A stretch of DNA of 64,000 nt, taken from positions 13,640,001 through 13,704,000 of the forward strand of contig OX597826.1 in the NCBI GenBank assembly GCA_951406725.2, read 5' to 3'. Each line of letters starts with the position of its first letter. The first letter of the stretch is position 1. Source of the DNA: Octopus vulgaris. Taxonomy: Eukaryota. A program made the translations under genes and the position numbers. Positions 26,901 through 41,094 of the stretch are shown one piece after another. The notes beneath the pieces were generated by a model. The model searched no databases and had not been told where the DNA came from. It saw only the letters and a program-made list of their open reading frames with translations.

Positions 26901-29386
26901 CCATCACCTTTATGACACTGATCTCTGCTTACGCACCTACACCTGATGACAATGACAATGTGAAAACACCTACCAACAGCTGAGTGACCTGATCCTTAAT
27001 GTACCACCAAATGACAAGCTCCTCCTCCTCGGGGACTTCAATGCAAGTGTGGGAAGAGACAGCAGACCATGGGAGAATGTTATTAACAAAGAAGGAGTCG
27101 GAAACCGTAACGAAAATGGACTCTTGCTCCTTGGGATGTGCGCTAAACACTCTTCATTACGAACACCCAATTTCGACTCCCAAATATTTTTCAAGCCCAT
27201 CTGGAAGCACCCCAGGTCGGAACATTGGCGGCTCCTGGACTACTCTATCATCCGGGAAGGAGACAAAAAGAACGTCCTCATCACGCGAACGGCAAACAGC
27301 GCGCTGACGTTTGCTGGGCAAGCATCGTCCAGTCATCATCCACGTTCGAATAATGGTTAACAACATACCAAAGACTGGAGGAACAGAACCAGTTAGAAAA
27401 AAAAAAACTTTTAATATATCGAAGCTTAACAACCCAGAGATCAGCTCCCTTTATGAATCTACCATTCTCAAACACCTTCAATCCATCCCATCTGACAACC
27501 AGGACACGGATAAGGAATGGAGCATATTTCGGAAAACTATCACTAAAGTGGCTGAAAACACCCTCGGGTACAGAAAAAGGAGACATCAGGACTGGTTTGA
27601 TGACAATGATCAAGAAACCAGCCAGGTGATTGATGCAAAACGACATGCCAGCCTCTCTCATGAGCGAGGTCCAAGTTCGCGGTACAAGAAGATGAGATAT
27701 CAAGACCGCAAAAGACAATGGCAAACAAAATTGAGAGAGATTCAGAACAACTGGTGGCAACAAAAAGCCGTCGAACTCCAAGGCTATGCTGACACTCGTG
27801 ATCTCAGACGCTTCTACAGAGGAATGAAGGAACTTTCTGAGCCTGTGAGATCATCAACAGTGTGTCTTCAATCAGCAGATTCCAATACCATCCTGACTGA
27901 CACACAAGATATCCATCAACGCTGGAGAGAGCACTTCTCGAGTCTTCTGAACCAAGACGCCAACGTAGCAGAAGATTTCTTGAAGAACGTACCCATGCAC
28001 CCAACTCGACACTTGATGAACTCGTCACTATCCAAAGAAGATTACCAGATTAATCTCAACCGCATGAAGCAGCGGAGGTCTCCTGGCCCAGACAACATCC
28101 CAGTGGAAATTCTAAAACATGGTGGACTTCTATTAAACACCAGTCTGTTCACATTGATTCTCCGAATGTGGAAGAACCACCTTGTTCCCTAAGACCTCAA
28201 AGATGCTCTTAACATCACTATTTTCAAAAAAGGAAATGGAAATATTTGTGGGAACTATCGTAGCATCTCACCCCTCTCCACCACAGGGAAAATCTTTGCA
28301 AGGCTCCTTCTGGATCGTCTCCAAGTCATGGCAGAGGAAGTCCTACTCGAATCACTATCTGAATTTCGACTATCTAGAGGGATAGCTGACATGATCTTTC
28401 GTGTCCGGCAAATACAAGAAAAGAGTAGAGAACAATAAAAACCTTTCTATTTTGTTTTCTACGATCTCGAAAAGGCTTTTGATACCGTCCCAGGGCCTGC
28501 AGTGTGGAAGGTCCTCTTACACTTCAGCTGCTCCGATCAGTTCATTTCCCTAATACGGGGATTACATGACGGTGTGACTGGAATCTTCTTCCATCAAAAC
28601 TAACAGTATGGAGACTTCCCAATCACTGGAGGATTAAAACAAGGATGCGTTTTGGCTCCTGTTCTCTCCTCCCTGTACCTTGCAACAATGTTTCATGAAC
28701 AGCCTTCGGACAATCTAGGAGTAAACATCAGGTACCGAAGGATATTTCAATCTTGCCAGATTGAAGTCACGAAGACAGACCAGGAAGCAAAAGATCACTG
28801 AACTTCAGTATGTTGATGACAACGCAGTGGTCTGCCACTCCAGTGAACAGTTTCAACAATCGGTGAATAACTACACCAATACTTACACTCGGTTTGGTCT
28901 AACAGTCAGCAACAAAAGGTAAAAAATCCAGACACAACCCGTTCTAAGTCAGGAAACGCCAGACCTCAAAATTACCATCTCGGAGACGCCACTGGAGAAA
29001 GTCAACCACTTTTCATACTTAGGAAGTTTGCTTTCGAATAAATGCACATCGAAAAAGGACGTGGAGAACCGATTAAGAGTGGCTCACACCGCGTTTGGCG
29101 GACTTGCGAAAAGGGTCTTTAATGAAAAAGATCTAGACCACAAAATAAAATTGAGTGTCTACCAAGCAGTCGTGATCTCCACTCTCATTTACGGTTGTGA
29201 AACCGAGACTCTTTACCAAAGTGACGTAAAGAACAGGAGCGATTTCCCCCACAGAAGCTCCGATGAATATCAAATAGAATAACTATGTGACCGATGTCTC
29301 CATTTTGGAGAGAATGAAACGCAGCAGCGTCGAGGCGACCGTCCTGAAATATTGTCTGTGATGGGCGGGCCATGTAGCAAGAATGT
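26896..29386 (+). pseudogene. RTE-clade LINE (APE endonuclease plus RT), degenerate
   Basis: ISAYAPT, LLGDFNA, WKHPRSEHW.LLDY, SPGPDNIP, YDLEKAFDTV, GLKQGCVLAP, LQYVDD, LIYGCET, AGHVARM; several stops and frameshifts. Confidence 0.93.
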
Positions 29387-30765
29387 TGCTTTGTTAATTA
29401 AGATGAAATAATCTTTAATATTCAACTTTTATTCTTAGCTGCAATATTTTAAGTGAAAATTTTCTTGTTCTGTACTTTACCAGATGTAATAACTTGTCCT
29501 GAACTTTTCCAAGTGTAATGACTCGTCCTGTAATTTTCCAGGTTTATAATCTTAAGAATATTATTTCTCTTGCTTGCATTTTTCCATATTTTTTCCAGGC
29601 TATGCTTTTATGCTAATTAATAATGTGACAAATGTGTCAATTAGCGGTGTCGTTGATAATTTTTTCCTTACCTCAATGACACCGGTGACATATATTAAAT
29701 GTCCCCTTATAGAACTATATTCATTAAAAAAATATAGACCTATATTATCACTCTCAAATTTAAGAAACAAACACCCATAACATTTTTGTTTTAAAACTTC
29801 ATTGTATGAGATTGATACCATAAAATTCCTGGAATTGTGCTCTATCATTTAAGCTTAATTAAAATATAGTTAGTTTTTAAAATAAAAATGTTAATTATAC
29901 TTAAATCTAATTTTTTCCCCTTATATTTTTTATGATATTTTACCTCACAACTTTTTTATACATATTTTTATTGCATAGGAACAAAACTATGAAATTCTTC
30001 ATGTTTTCTATCATTGAAGCTAAAAACAATATATTTTGTTTTTAAAAGAAAAAAAGATATTTAGATATAAACATGTTTGGTCACAGTACTTACTCTCCTA
30101 TAACGTTGCTGCAAATTTTGAGGTAAACTTTTTTCGACTGGATCAAATCTTAATTTTATTACGCCAAAATGTAGCTAGGGACCAGTCCTCTTCAAAAATG
30201 TTAACAGTTTTCAATTTGGTTGATAACAAGATTAGTGACAAGCTCGGAAAGATGCTGAGCGTGAGTAAATTGCGGCTTTAATATTATTCAACTACTACTG
30301 TAGTTGAATGATATAATAGGATATTCATTATCGAGGACTCATTATTTTGTGTTGGAGTTTGAATCCTTTCAAAGATATTGCTAGTCAAATCATTCACAGT
30401 ATATGATATGATGGATAATTTGTTTTCAATTCCGAAAAGAAGAAAATCTAAAGTTTGTCATCAGTGGTATTTGAACTCGAAAAGTAAGAGGCCATAAGTA
30501 GATATATTTAATCCATTACCATGTTAATCCTGACGACACGCCGACTTGGCATTAATAAAGATATTGTTTGACGTATAAACCGAATAATCTAAAGGGGAGA
30601 TGATTCCACGAATCGATGACGATTAACCACTGGAACTAACCACATTCACTTTCTGCAAATCTCAGTCTAAGATGTAAACCTTTCTCCTGCATACTAACAA
30701 CCCTGTGAAACAAGTATATTCGTACGCACACACATATATATATATATATACACACAAATATGTAT

Positions 30766-31288
<523 letters not shown>

Positions 31289-31296
31289 CACACACA

Positions 31297-32381
31297 GTAG
31301 CTGAGTATCCCGTCGTTGCCAGGTAATTTTCGCAATAGAATGCCTTGGTAGACTTTCAGAATATCACACACACGTAAGTTGAATTTTCTCCGTTTGACGG
31401 GGATTTCTCAGGGTTTTTTCCCACTACACCCTTGTAAATGATAAAGGAAATCTTTTTATAAGTAGAAATTTTTGAAACTTTCTGAATCCCACGTTTCTTC
31501 CTTCCGGACCAACTTTATTTTTTGTTTTTTTTTTACTCTTCACACTTAAAAAAGAAAAAAAAAAAAAAAACAATTGGAGACGCCTTTTAAGTAAAAATTT
31601 TTTAAATTCTCAAAATTTTGAAAATCTCTGAAGTTTTCAAACATCCCTCCCCAACACTGTACGATTTTGGATAACTTTTCGCTTTTCTTACACTGCACAC
31701 TTAAAAACGATGAGAAGCCTTGGAGTTGTTTTTAGAAAAAGAAAGAAAAAGGCGCACGCCAATACAATCCTCATTTCCTCTATTTTGAAAGAGAAAATGA
31801 ACATATTTAAAAGCAATAGTGAAATTTTCTAAAGTTTTCATTAACTTCTGAAAGTTAACTTCATAAATCCTAAAATTTCAGTTTTTTTCCCATTTTTGTA
31901 AAATCACAGTTTTAAAATATGTGCAAGTTGTTTCTCATTATACTTTCAAAATAACTTTCATGAGAATAAATGTGTGATTTAAGGGAGATTTAACTATTAT
32001 TTCTAGCTCATCCCACGACCATCTGCTACCATACTCGTTTCTTTGTCACTGTGCCGTGTAGTGATGTTTTTCAATATTTTTTCTTCCTATGAACACATTT
32101 TCTAGAATGATGATGCGATGGTCAGTTGCTGGTATATAAGCAAGGAAAAAAAATGTAATTTAAATTTTTAATCCCTTACCGTGTATCAACCGAATCTGTG
32201 TGTGTGTGTGTGAGTAAGAAAAACATTTACTAACAGAAAAGTATAATATTAAGACAAATCATCTTTTACATATTGTTTTAAGTCACACTGTCACATTAAT
32301 GAAATTCTTTACACACCAGCATACACACTGACAAACGCCCCAACACACACTCAGCGTGAGTAATATACTTTGATATAGAGA
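31297..32381 (-). mobile_element. Probable non-autonomous Helitron
   Basis: Minus strand starts TCTCTATATCAAAG; 3' hairpin CCTGGCAACGACGGG then CAGCTAC (CTAG variant). Confidence 0.5.
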
Positions 32382-32512
32382 ATGAGGTAAATGAATATAG
32401 AAAGGAGAAAAGTTTACTATGAGAAAATCGAAAAATGAAACAGATTGACAAACAGAGAGTTTATTTCTGTTGCTGTCACTGATTTTGAAATTTTAAAATT
32501 AAATCAAAGTTT

Positions 32513-32679
32513 AGTGGCTGTGTGGTAAGTAGCTTGCTTACCAACCACATGGTTCCGGGTTCATTCTAACTGTGTGGCACCTTGGGCAAGTGTCTTCTAC
32601 TATAGCCTCGGGTCGACCAAAGCCTTGTGAGTGGATTTGGTTGACGGAAACTGAAAGAAGCCCGTCGTATATATATATG

Positions 32680-32753
<74 letters not shown>

Positions 32754-32844
32754 TGTGTCTTTGTTTTCCCCCAACATTGCTTGACAACCGATGCTGGTGT
32801 GTTTACGTCCCCGTAACTTAGCGGTTCGGCAAAAGAGACCGATA
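32513..32844 (+). mobile_element. SINE family A copy
   Basis: Homology to family A. Confidence 0.88.
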
Positions 32845-33473
32845 ATTTGGCTTATTGACGTACTTTCTCACACTGAATACGAGTTTATAATTTATAATTT
32901 ATAATTCATAATTCCAGAAAAATGTTAGAAGATTGTTAGAGTAGTTTAAATTTTGGTCATTTTTACCCAATCAGAAAACAGGAGTTTTAGTGACATCTGT
33001 GATAAAATGAAAGCAAAACATTAGAAAGCGAAGTTTTAAACAAAATGAAAGCAATGCGTGACATAACACATATGCACCGAGAAAGGGCTGAGAGAAAGAG
33101 AGAGAAATAGAGAGAGATAAAGGAAGATAAAGAGTCTGGTAAATAATATAGATTGATGATGATAGAAAGAAGGGAGATTTGTAGATGTAAAAGTTGAGTT
33201 ATTTCTTGTAGGAAATTATGATTGTTATTTACGGACGACATTTTGTTTGGAACGCAAATTTCGAAAATGAAATTCACTTCTCTCGTGGGCACACCGCTCC
33301 GGCCCCTTTCGGAACTAAACATACATACATAACCACATACACTCGCATTTATACGGTGTATACGCACACGCACAGGCACATGCATACACTGACATACACA
33401 TACGCACACGCACGCATATGTAATAATATTAATTAATTAAGAGTAGATGGATTTTGTATTAGACTTTTATTAG

Positions 33474-33518
33474 GTGCAACATATATTTCGACCCATCAAT
33501 CTGGGTCTCTTCAAGTAC
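33474..33518 (-). ncRNA. Degenerate minimal hammerhead motif
   Basis: guac-UUGAAGA-gaccca/uggguc-GAAA-uauau-GUU-gcac; C3>U and imperfect stems I and III. Confidence 0.5.
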
Positions 33519-33793
33519 ATTGATAAAGATGTCTCACAAGAGATTTTTAGTGTCGGCTAGCTTGTAATATAAGCATCAGTTTAGGAAACGAATAAAAACA
33601 AATAATATTTTAAAGACGCAAAATATTCAAATATGAACGTGGAAATCTTGGGTGACAGTTTAGATAGATCTGCTTTCGCTATCATAACTGCTTAGAGGAA
33701 AAAGTAGTAGAAAGTCAGAGGAAGATTAGTACTTAGACAAGTAGTCTTATGTTCGTGCATATACATACAGACAGGCGTTCACAGACACAGATG

Positions 33794-33842
<49 letters not shown>

Positions 33843-34037
33843 ATATATATATATGTATATGTACACAGAAAGTCATGTATATACATATACATACACACAC
33901 ACACACTCACACGAAGACACACATATGCACACACACGCATATATGAACATATATATACAGGGATACTTCAGCTTAAGTCGTTTCGATTTAAGTTGTTCAC
34001 GGAGATATGTCAGTTTTCAAAAATAATATATTTTATA

Positions 34038-34590
<553 letters not shown>

Positions 34591-34984
34591 TAAAGGAGAA
34601 ATAAAAAAGAGAAAAAAAGTAAAAATCAAGCCGTTTTACTCGACTTTACGGCGATATGCCAATGATATTGGAATCATGAAACACTTAAAGACATTAAAAG
34701 CACCTTAAATCATGTTACATTACATAAGATTAAAAGCGTATACAATCATATTAAAATACAGTAAATGCTAAAATACGCTCTATAAAGAAGAGAAGCGTAG
34801 TTCACTAAAGCACGAAATTAGCTGTGTTGTCTTTCGGGGCTTTTATTGCACTGGTAGTTCCAATATTTACCGTTAGGCGTCGTCGTGATTTACCGCGATT
34901 GTTTTGAATTCAGATTTGTCTACGTTTGTTTATCGTTTAGATTCTCTCATTTACATTGATTTGTAGGTTTAATTTCTACCTCCT

Positions 34985-35520
34985 TGCCTCCTAAGAAAAG
35001 TCCAGGTGAAAGTGCTAAGCGTCACGCTGTAACGCGATAAGTTGGCGATGATAAAACAGCGATTGCACGATCTGTTGGAGATGCGTCGGACAACTGTATG
35101 GACGACTGAGCATTAGGGAAAAGATACAAAAAGATGCTGAAGCTCTAGGGATGAAGCTTACTGTCATCAACGAGAAAAGAGGCAAACTCTTTGAAGAAAT
35201 GGGAAGTTTTTTTTATCTAATTGTATTGATAGGCAGAATCGTCAGAATGCTATTCTTAGTCAAGAAATTGTTCAGGAGAAAGCGTTGTCTTTGTTCGAGG
35301 ACCTGAATCAAAAAATATCCAGATGAGAAAGATGTAGAGTTCAAGGTGAGCCAAGGATGGTTTATGACATTTAAAAACCAGACAAGTTATCACTTCCTTA
35401 AAAAGCAAGGCAAAACGCAACGGTCGACGAACACGCGGCAGCGGAACTTCCTGCGACATTGAAGAAGATCGTCGAAGAAAACGGGTTTCTTCCCGAGCAA
35501 ATATTTAACGTAGATAACAG
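34985..35520 (+). pseudogene. Tigger/pogo transposase remnant (CENP-B HTH to start of DDE)
   Basis: QEKALSLFEDL, FKVSQGWF..FK, LKKIVEENGFLPEQIFNVD. Confidence 0.8.
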
Positions 35521-35855
35521 AATAAATAAATATATGAGACCAAACTTTTTGAAATTGCGATCTGGCAACTTTAACACTGAAAAGAAATTAAAAGGTTTTT
35601 TGTTTCTTCTTTACTGCTCAAAATGTTCAATTCACTATCCTATACGAAGTCAATTCACAGTTCCATTTATTGATAGGAGTTATGAATTAAAGTCCTTCTT
35701 TATTTTATACCACTCTTCCGTGTCACTTTGATTGTTGTGCTTTCTATTTCCTTAGTCGAAGCCTGCTCCCAAATACCAACTTGAAAATCTAACCTGAAAC
35801 AAATAGATATATACATGTATGAATGAAAGCTCACGTGTGTATGCATCTATGTAAG

Positions 35856-35889
<34 letters not shown>

Positions 35890-36234
35890 TGTATGTATGT
35901 ATGTATGTATGTATGGATGGATGGATGGATGGATGGATGGATGGATGGATGTATGTATGTAGGTAGGTAGGTATGTATGTATGTATGTAGGTAGGTATGT
36001 ATGTATGTATGTAGGTAGGTAGGTAGGTATGTGTACCTTTTATCTTTTACTTGTTTCAGTCATTTGTGGCTATGCTGGAGCACCACCTTGGAGGGTTTTT
36101 AATCGAACAAACCCACCCTAAGACATTCTTTTAAGCCTTGTACTAATTCTATCGGTCACTCAGGCCGAACCGCTATGTTACGGGGATGCAAACACACAAA
36201 CACTAGTGTTTTCAAGTGACACACACACAAGCAG

Positions 36235-36539
36235 TCCTATTGTTTGTATTTGTGTACCATTTCACCGTTTTTTTCTGTCGTTGTCTTCGTATACATTCGC
36301 TGCTTTCCTCCAAGGAATCTAGAGCTCTTAGATTAGTTTTTCCTTAGGGATGGCCACATTGCACTAATCTCGAGTATAACATGCCGAAATTGCAAAGATA
36401 ATCTGGAACTCGACTGAGGATAGAAAACTCCGAATGAACCATCCTTATTTACTTCCTATCGTCCATCTGGATGTTTTGTTGTCCCTTTTTTGCATCACCT
36501 AACTATCTGGATGTTTTGCGTTCTTATCCCATTTTTGCA

Positions 36540-36545
<6 letters not shown>
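36235..36545 (+). repeat. Interspersed repeat ending at (AT)n; inverted paralogue at 40590-40895
   Basis: Shared CCAAGGAATCTA..GCTCTTAG and GAAATTGCAAAGATAATCTGGAACT..ACTGAGGA. Confidence 0.75.
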
Positions 36546-36611
<66 letters not shown>

Positions 36612-36673
36612 TATGTATGTATGTGTATGTATGTGTGTATGCATGCATGTATGTATGTATGTATGTATGTATG

Positions 36674-36718
<45 letters not shown>

Positions 36719-36719
36719 A

Positions 36720-36885
36720 GGTGCAGGAGTGGCTCTGTGGTAAGTAGCTAGCTTACAAACTACATGGCTCGGGCTCAGTCCCACTGCGTGGCACCTTGGG
36801 CAAGTGATTTCTACTATAGCCTCGGGCCGACCAAAGCTTTGTGAGTGGACTTGACTTGGTAGACGGAAACTGATTAAAGCTCGTA
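36720..36885 (+). mobile_element. SINE family A 5' half
   Basis: Homology to family A. Confidence 0.85.
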
Positions 36886-36893
36886 TATATATT

Positions 36894-37001
<108 letters not shown>

Positions 37002-37259
37002 TTTCCCCTCAACATCCTTAGAATTTCCCAAATAGCCGGTAGTATTCTTATGGATGTTGTAGCAGGGAAATCTAAATTTTGATTACGGAGACAGCAACTG
37101 ATTATCGACTGAGGAGATACATCTAGATCTTCTTATACAGGCAAATCGTTAAAGAATGTAATCCAAACTTAACTTTAAATCCTATATATACGATGATCTG
37201 TACGTATCGAAACTTTTGTTTAAAAAGCTGCCTAACTGTACTTACTCTTCCTTTTGACT

Positions 37260-38415
37260 CTTTTACAATTTACTTTATTTGTATTAGTTTGACACTCAAG
37301 GAACGGAGAAAGGCTTTTACGTTTCGAGCTTATGCTCTTCAGCAGAAAGCAATATGAGGAAATAAACAGAGAGAATAATAAAAAAATAAATAATTGTGGA
37401 TTTAGCGATCAATCATGGCAAATGGTTGGGAAAAATAATTTGACAGGAGAGCTAGGAAGAAGGGGAGATAAAAAATTACTGGCGATCCCAAAACGGATGT
37501 GCGCGTGCGTGTGTGTGTGTGAGAGAGTGTGTAAGTGAGTGTGTGGATAGGTGCTAGTAACATTGGTGTATGAATGTGTACGTGTGTGTGTGTGTGTGCG
37601 TCTGTAATATCTGAGTGCGGTGTGAAGACGTGGAGATGAGGATGTAGCGTGGGGCGATGGTTTGGGTATGTGGGAGTGGGATGTGTGGGGTGGATGTGGA
37701 TGGAGTGGGTATCAATGAAGAGAGAAGTTGGGTGGGAGTGAAGAGAGGAAGTAGGTGGCAGAGCAAGAGAGGAGAGGAGAGGCGGGTAGGAGTGAAGAGA
37801 GGGAGTGAAGAGAGGAGAGGAGTGGAGTCAGATGAAGATGGGAGGGGAGTTGAGCCCATGCAGAGCAAAATAGCGAAGAGAGAATATTAATTGATGGCGA
37901 AGGCGGGAGTGCGGATGGCCCCAGTGCAAAGAAAATCTGAACACAGGCGGTGTTGTAATGAATGACCGGTAGAGGGGAAATGGTACGAGACCGGGGTGTC
38001 CTTGCCTAGTGTAATGCCTCGGTGCTCTGCGAATCGGTCAGCCAAGCGACGTCCAGTATGAACGATTTACAGAGAAGGGTAGAAAGAGCAGGAGATGCAG
38101 TAAATGACGTTGCTAGAAGTGCAGGTAAAGGAGTCGGTGATATGATGGGGAAGATGATGTGTGTCTGTGAGGATTGTGGTGTTGGAGAGGTAGGTGCAAG
38201 TGCGAAGGCGTGGTCGGGAGCTGGGGAACGAGCCAAGTTGGGAGGTTGGGTTAGGGAAGAAACTGTGGACCAGGAAGTCACGTAGGTTGTGGGCTCATTT
38301 GAAGGAGAGATGGGGTAGGTTGGGGAAAGATGTGCGAAGTGGAGGGGTTGGACTGGAGTCGCCGGAAGGTTTGGACAATGGTTCTTTGTAAGGGCAACGT
38401 GGAGTGGGGAGGTGA
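37260..38415 (-). mobile_element. Penelope-like element (Neptune-like GIY-YIG endonuclease remnant plus 3' UTR with variant hammerhead at 37313-37350)
   Basis: Minus frame NLRDFLVHS...SFTCTSSNVIYCISC...TGRRLADRFAEH...HF..TGH...GLN; gcuuu-CUGCUGA-a-gagc/gcuc-GAAAC-GUA-aaagc. Confidence 0.82.
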
Positions 38416-38424
38416 GGAGAAATG

Positions 38425-38675
38425 TTGAGTCTTTGAGCAAGACACTTTATTTCACGTTGCTCCAGTCCACTTAGCCGGCAAATATGAGTAGTACCTGTAT
38501 TTCAAAGGGCCGGCGTCTTAACATTTTGTGTCACGCTGAATCTCCCTGAGAAGTACGTTAAGAGTACGGGTGTCTGTGGAATGCTCAGCCACTTGCACTT
38601 CAATTTCACGAGCAAGCTGTTCCGTTGATCCTATCAGCTGGGACCCTCGTCGTCGTAACCGACGGAGTGCTCCTC
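38425..38675 (+). mobile_element. 5'-truncated SINE body (TGAGCAAGACACTTTATTTCAC core)
   Basis: Typical post-tRNA SINE core motif. Confidence 0.55.
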
Positions 38676-39125
38676 CTATACACACATACACCTGTATGTA
38701 TTTATGTATGTATGTATGTATGTATGTATGTATGTATGTATGTATGTATGTATGTATGTATGTATGGATGGATGAATGGATGGATGGATGGATGCGTATG
38801 TGTGTGTGTGTGTGTGTGCGTGTGTATGTGTGTGTGTCTTTTGTGCAGATTTATGTATGTTTCCACTGGATACTTATATTTAGAATTCTCTTCCATATAA
38901 TACGTTGTCTGCATTCACATTCTGTTACAAACTATTTCTATCACTTGCGAAGAGGTTTGATCGATGTGCTAGAAATATAGCTAAATTTCCCTCAGTTCAC
39001 GATGTAGTCTGAATAAAGATTGGGTGGTTACAGCTGGAACATCTCAATAATATATCTAATTCAATAGGACGCATCTTCGGTACAGAGTAACAGAATAAAT
39101 TTTATCCACATAATTACTTCTCAAT

Positions 39126-39470
39126 TACATGGTTCCAGGTTCAGTCCCACTGCGTGGCACCATGATCTAGTATCTTCTACTCTAGCCTCGGGCCGACCAA
39201 AGTCATGTGAGGGAATTTAGTAGACGGAAACTGAAAGAAGCGGCCGCATGTGTGTGTGTGTGCGCACGCGTGTGTGAGTCACCCACTGCCGCATTACAAC
39301 TAGTGTTGGTGTATTTACATCCCCTTAATTCAGCGGTCCGGCAAGCGACCCCGATAAAAAGTGTACCCGGTATAAAAATAGAAGTACCCAGTATAAAAAT
39401 ATATGTACTGGGTCCATTCATTCGAATAAAAGCTTTGGCCGCAGTCTAACGACTGAAACAAGTGAAAGAT
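39126..39470 (+). mobile_element. SINE family A copy (diverged)
   Basis: Homology to family A. Confidence 0.8.
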
Positions 39471-39489
39471 AAAAAAAATAATTGTGAAA

Positions 39490-39902
39490 GGCGCAGGAGT
39501 GGCTGTGTGGTAAGTAGCTTGCTTACGAACCACATGGTTCCAGGTTCAGTCCCACTGTGTGGCACCTTGCGCAAGTGTCTTCTACTATAGCCTCGGGCCG
39601 ACCAAAGCCTTGTGAGTGGTTTTGGTAGACGGAAACTGAAAGAAGCCCGTCGTATATATGTATATATATGTATGCGTGTGTGTGTTTGTGTATCTGTGTT
39701 TGTCCTCTAGCATTGCTTGACAACCGATGCTGGTGTGTTTATGTCCCCATTACTTAGCGGTTCGGCAAAAGTGACCGATAGAATAAGTACTGGGCTTACA
39801 AAAGAATAAGTCCCGGGGTCGAGTTGCTCGATTAAAAAGGCGGTGCTCCAGCATGGCCGCAGTCAAATGACTGAAACAAGTAAAAGAGTAAAAGAGAGTA
39901 AA
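39490..39902 (+). mobile_element. SINE family A, full length
   Basis: Complete head, body and AAAAGAGT tail. Confidence 0.92.
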
Positions 39903-39944
39903 GTGAATATAGAACGATATTTGTTAGACTGCTACAATACTTAC

Positions 39945-40023
39945 AACCTAGCTGCGAGTTTTCTTTTATTAGCTTCAAGCGAAAATCGATCAAAAACTTC
40001 ACACACCATTTTCATCACGCCTT
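39945..40023 (-). CDS. Candidate host exon (phase 1 to 2), (E)GVMKMVCEVFDRFSLEANKRKLAAR
   Basis: tttatttacag acceptor, gtaagt donor, open frame, phase-compatible with exon 48278-48424. Confidence 0.45.
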
Positions 40024-40533
40024 CTGTAAATAAATTATGTAAAACACTACAATGTAACTTGATATCACAGTAAATGATGGTCAGATATCGAGAAAAAACA
40101 AATACCTGTGGATAGGCAAACGTTTGATGAATGCCGAAAATAGCATTTAGTTTTTCCCTGTCGCCGTCTGAATTTCTTAGAGAATAGATTTTAGGAGAAA
40201 TCCCTCCGTCAGATATACGTGACATAAGATGTAGAAGGATTTTGGGCAGGGTATAAAATCCATAGTATATATACGTAGTTTTTGAAGTTTCTTAGAGAAC
40301 GAATTAATTGTTCAATAAAGTAAGTTCACATCGGAAGTTGAGCTACGGTTTAAGTTTTCTGGTTAAACGATTTTCAGGATTCCTAGGTTTACCTGATGTA
40401 CCTGCATCACGTTTATCTCATCAGATCTTTGGAGTACCTTCCTAAATATGTCAACTTATTTTTTTAAACGCTGATAAATATATATTTAACGATAAATACA
40501 GTAGAAGCTTCTTTTTATACCAGTTTATAGTTG

Positions 40534-40588
<55 letters not shown>

Positions 40589-40589
40589 T

Positions 40590-40895
40590 ACACACACAAA
40601 ATGTGACAAGAACGCAAACCATCCAGACAGTTAGTTGATACAAAAACAGGGACAACAAAATATCCAGATAGACGATAGAAAGAAAACAAAGACAGGTCAT
40701 TCGGAGTTTTCTTTCCTCAGTCTAGTTCCAGATTATCTTTGCAATTTCGTATGGTTATACACGAGATTGCTCCAGTCCGGCCAGCTCCAAAGAAAAACTA
40801 AGCTAAGAGCTTTAGATTCCTTGGAAGACAGAAGCAAATGTATACGAAAACAATGACAGGAAAAAAAACGGAGAATGTTACACAAATACAAATTA
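40590..40895 (-). repeat. Interspersed repeat, paralogue of 36235-36545
   Basis: Reverse-complement homology; terminus abuts (AT)n. Confidence 0.75.
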
Positions 40896-41094
40896 CAGGA
40901 CATAACAACAGGTATCTTTCGACTGAGGACGAATTAAATTAAGCTGGCGTGTGTGGAAATAAAGCCTTACGGCAGGGATATAAGGTTTCAAAGGTACCAG
41001 GAGGACTCTAGATAATGCATGGACGATGGCCTAACCATACATACATACATACATACATACATACATACATACATACATACATACATGTATGTCT

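Noticed and set aside
35700-35792. Possible terminal host exon (LDFQVGIWEQ...*) with downstream AATAAA
   Set aside because: Acceptor and phase fit, but the peptide has no recognisable similarity; too weak to call
36412-36440. CTGAGGA motif in the 36235/40590 repeat family
   Set aside because: No correctly placed GAAA, stem III and UH
38006-38440. 144-aa Pro/Thr-rich ORF as a host gene
   Set aside because: It is an alternative frame of the degenerate Penelope GIY-YIG region
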